The notes beneath the pieces are model-generated. The model saw nothing but the letters and a program-made list of their open reading frames with translations. It was not told the origin of the DNA and did not search any database. From assembly GCF_006345805.1 (NCBI RefSeq), contig NW_021823666.1, positions 1 through 21,272 on the forward strand: a stretch of DNA of 21,272 nucleotides. The letters are read 5' to 3'. The translations under genes were made by a program, and so were the position numbers. Below, piece after piece: positions 19,212-21,272 of the stretch (positions are counted from its first letter, which is position 1; every line of letters begins with the position of its first letter). Source of the DNA: Octopus sinensis (lineage: Eukaryota).

Positions 19212-20206
19212 TATTTCTTTACTATCCGCAAGGGGCTAAACATAGAGTGGACAAACAAGGACAGACAAACGGATTAAGTCGATTACATCGACCCCAGTGC
19301 GTAACTGGTACTTAATTTATTGACCCCGAAAGGATGAAAGGCAAAGTCGACCTCGGCGGAATTTGAACTCAGAACGTAGCGGCAGACGAAATACGGCTAC
19401 GCATTTCGCCCGGCGTGCTAACGATTCTGCCAGTTCGCCTTCCATACAAATAACATGACCTATCCTATTTCCTTACTACCCACAAGGGGCTAAACACAGA
19501 GGGGACAAACAAGGACAGACATAGACATTAAGTCGATTACATCGACCCCAGTGCGTAACTGGTACTTAATTTATCGACCCCGAAAGGATGAAAGGCAAAG
19601 TCGACCTCGGCGGAATTTGAACTCAGAACGTAACGGCTGACGAAATACGGCTACGCATTTCGCCCGACGTGCTAACGTTTCTGCCAGCTCGCCTTCCATA
19701 CAAATAACATGACCTATCCTAATTCCTTACTACCCACAAGGGGCTAAACATAGAGGGGACAAACAAGGACAGACATAGGTATTAAGTCGATTACATCGAC
19801 CCCAGTGCGTAACTGGTACTTAATTTATCGACCCCGAAAGGATGAAAGGCAAAGTCGACCTCGGCGGAATTTGAACTCAGAACGTAGCGGCAGACGAAAT
19901 ACGGCTACGCATTTCGCCCGGCGTGCTAACGATTCTGCCAGTTCGCCTTCCATACAAATAACATGACCTATCCTATTTCCTTACTACCCACAAGGGGCTA
20001 AACACAGAGGGGACAAACAAAGACAGACATAGACATTAAGTCGATTACATCGATCCCAGTGCGTAACTGGTACTTAATTTATCGACCCCGAAAGGATGAA
20101 AGGCAAAGTCGACCTCGGCGGAATTTGAACTCAGAACGTAGCGGCAGACGAAATACGGCTACGCATTTCGCCTGACGTGCTAACGTTTCTGCCAGCTCGC
20201 CGCCTT
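19211..20206 (-). mobile_element. SINE-A tetramer (array 4), 254-nt period, with LINE-derived spacers
   Basis: cttccatacaaataac occurs at 19196, 19439, 19693 and 19947; four near-identical headed SINE units. Confidence 0.95.
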
Positions 20207-20415
20207 CAGAAGAGCACAATAAACTCGTTAGTATGTAAACCTTGAACACGCTTAGCTTGGTCTTCTTTGAAGATGTTACGATTTGCCCAGACTCTTTTTT
20301 TGCTTTTAAGCTTCTCAAATGTTACAGACGCTTTCTGAATGCGTAGATGCATTTCTACATCCAGAGATCCGCCTCCCGGCAATATGATGTCCAGGTAAAC
20401 GTAAGGGTCAACTGC
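20205..20415 (-). mobile_element. RTE-type LINE relic, upstream part (RT C-terminal/thumb region)
   Basis: Minus strand AVDPYVYLDIILPGGGSLDVEMHLRIQKASVTFEKLKSKKRVWANRNI / KKTKLSVFKVYILTSLLCSSE matches the RTE VxxFxYLGS...EIxxRIxKASxAFGxLxxRVW...TKxxVYxxxVLxxLLYxSETW pattern. Confidence 0.85.
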
Positions 20416-20659
20416 ACTCTATCCTGGATTGCATTCTACAATATTTGGTGCAGGTGTGAACATTATCTCGCATACACACCTGTATACATTACATAAACAC
20501 ACACACACACACACACATATATATAGCAATACAAAGAATATCGGCGGGACGTGCCCCCCTCGAAACTTCCGTGTAGTGTAAACATAACAGGCTTGATATA
20601 TATAGAGATAGTTATTTATTTGGGACAGAGAAGAAAAATCGAGTACAGACAATGCCACT

Positions 20660-21272
20660 CCCCACCATCACTCCCCACCACCGCCGTCAGTGCCGCCGCC
20701 GCTGCCACCACCACCACCTCCACCACCACCACCACCACCACCACTCTAACAACAGCCTTCGCGGCAACCACCATCACAACCTCTCCTACAAAGAACAACA
20801 ATAACTCACCACCACCACCACCACCAGTATCTTCAGCACCACTACCACAGCTACCACCAGTACTATCACGAGCACCAACATTACCACTACAACTACCACC
20901 GCCACTATCTCCACCCCCACCTCGACCAACACCATCGCTACCCACATCACGAACAATAACGCTACACTCTTTACCCACCACTACCACCACCACCACCACC
21001 ACCACCACCACCACAACCACCATCACCACCACCATCACCACCACCATCACCACCACCGCCACCACCCCCCCGCCACCACCACCGCCACCACCACCGCCAT
21101 CACCACCATCACCACCACCACCACCACCACCACCATCACCACCATAACCACCATAACCACCACCACCACCACCATCACCACCACCACCACCACCACCAGT
21201 ATCTTCAGCACCATCACCAGTACTACCACCAGTACTATCACGAACACCAACGTTACCACCATCTCCACTACA
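20660..21272. repeat. (CCA)n-based cryptic trinucleotide low-complexity region
   Basis: Direct reading. In the P-rich portion almost every triplet ends in A; runs to the window edge. Confidence 0.9.

Noticed and set aside
19196-20206. CRISPR-like appearance of regularly spaced repeats with short spacers
   Set aside because: Repeats are ~230-nt SINEs, spacers are identical to each other and to flanking LINE DNA, there are no cas genes, and the context is eukaryotic.
20551-21147. 198-aa Pro/Thr ORF and antisense Val/Gly ORFs as genes
   Set aside because: Explained by (CCA)n-based triplet periodicity; no domain, and the N-terminus is not protein-like.

Overview
Eukaryotic, AT-rich, repeat-saturated non-coding DNA (intergenic or deep intronic). 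I found no credible host protein-coding exon, intact gene or RNA gene. The repeat families match, from memory, those of octopod cephalopods (Octopus); this is an inference, not a database result. Most listed ORFs are microsatellite or SINE artefacts. Contents: (i) two tRNA-derived SINE families, called SINE-A and SINE-B here; (ii) degenerate protein-coding relics not in the ORF track: an R4/Dong-type restriction-like-endonuclease LINE 3' end between (TAA)n tracts, two RTE-type LINE fragments, a Helitron/PIF1 helicase fragment and possibly a Tc1/mariner fragment; (iii) TA- and TTAA-type MITEs; (iv) Penelope-like termini with hammerhead-like motifs; (v) many microsatellites. The most unusual signal is that SINE-A occurs mostly as head-to-tail multimers. 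Three separate arrays share the same tail-to-head junction (aaagaaatag|gtatttcgtc, 183-184 nt monomer, 9 junctions), and this junction rebuilds a hairpin of the tRNA-like head. A fourth array is an ABAB tetramer whose spacer is a 27-nt copy of the RTE LINE it interrupts.
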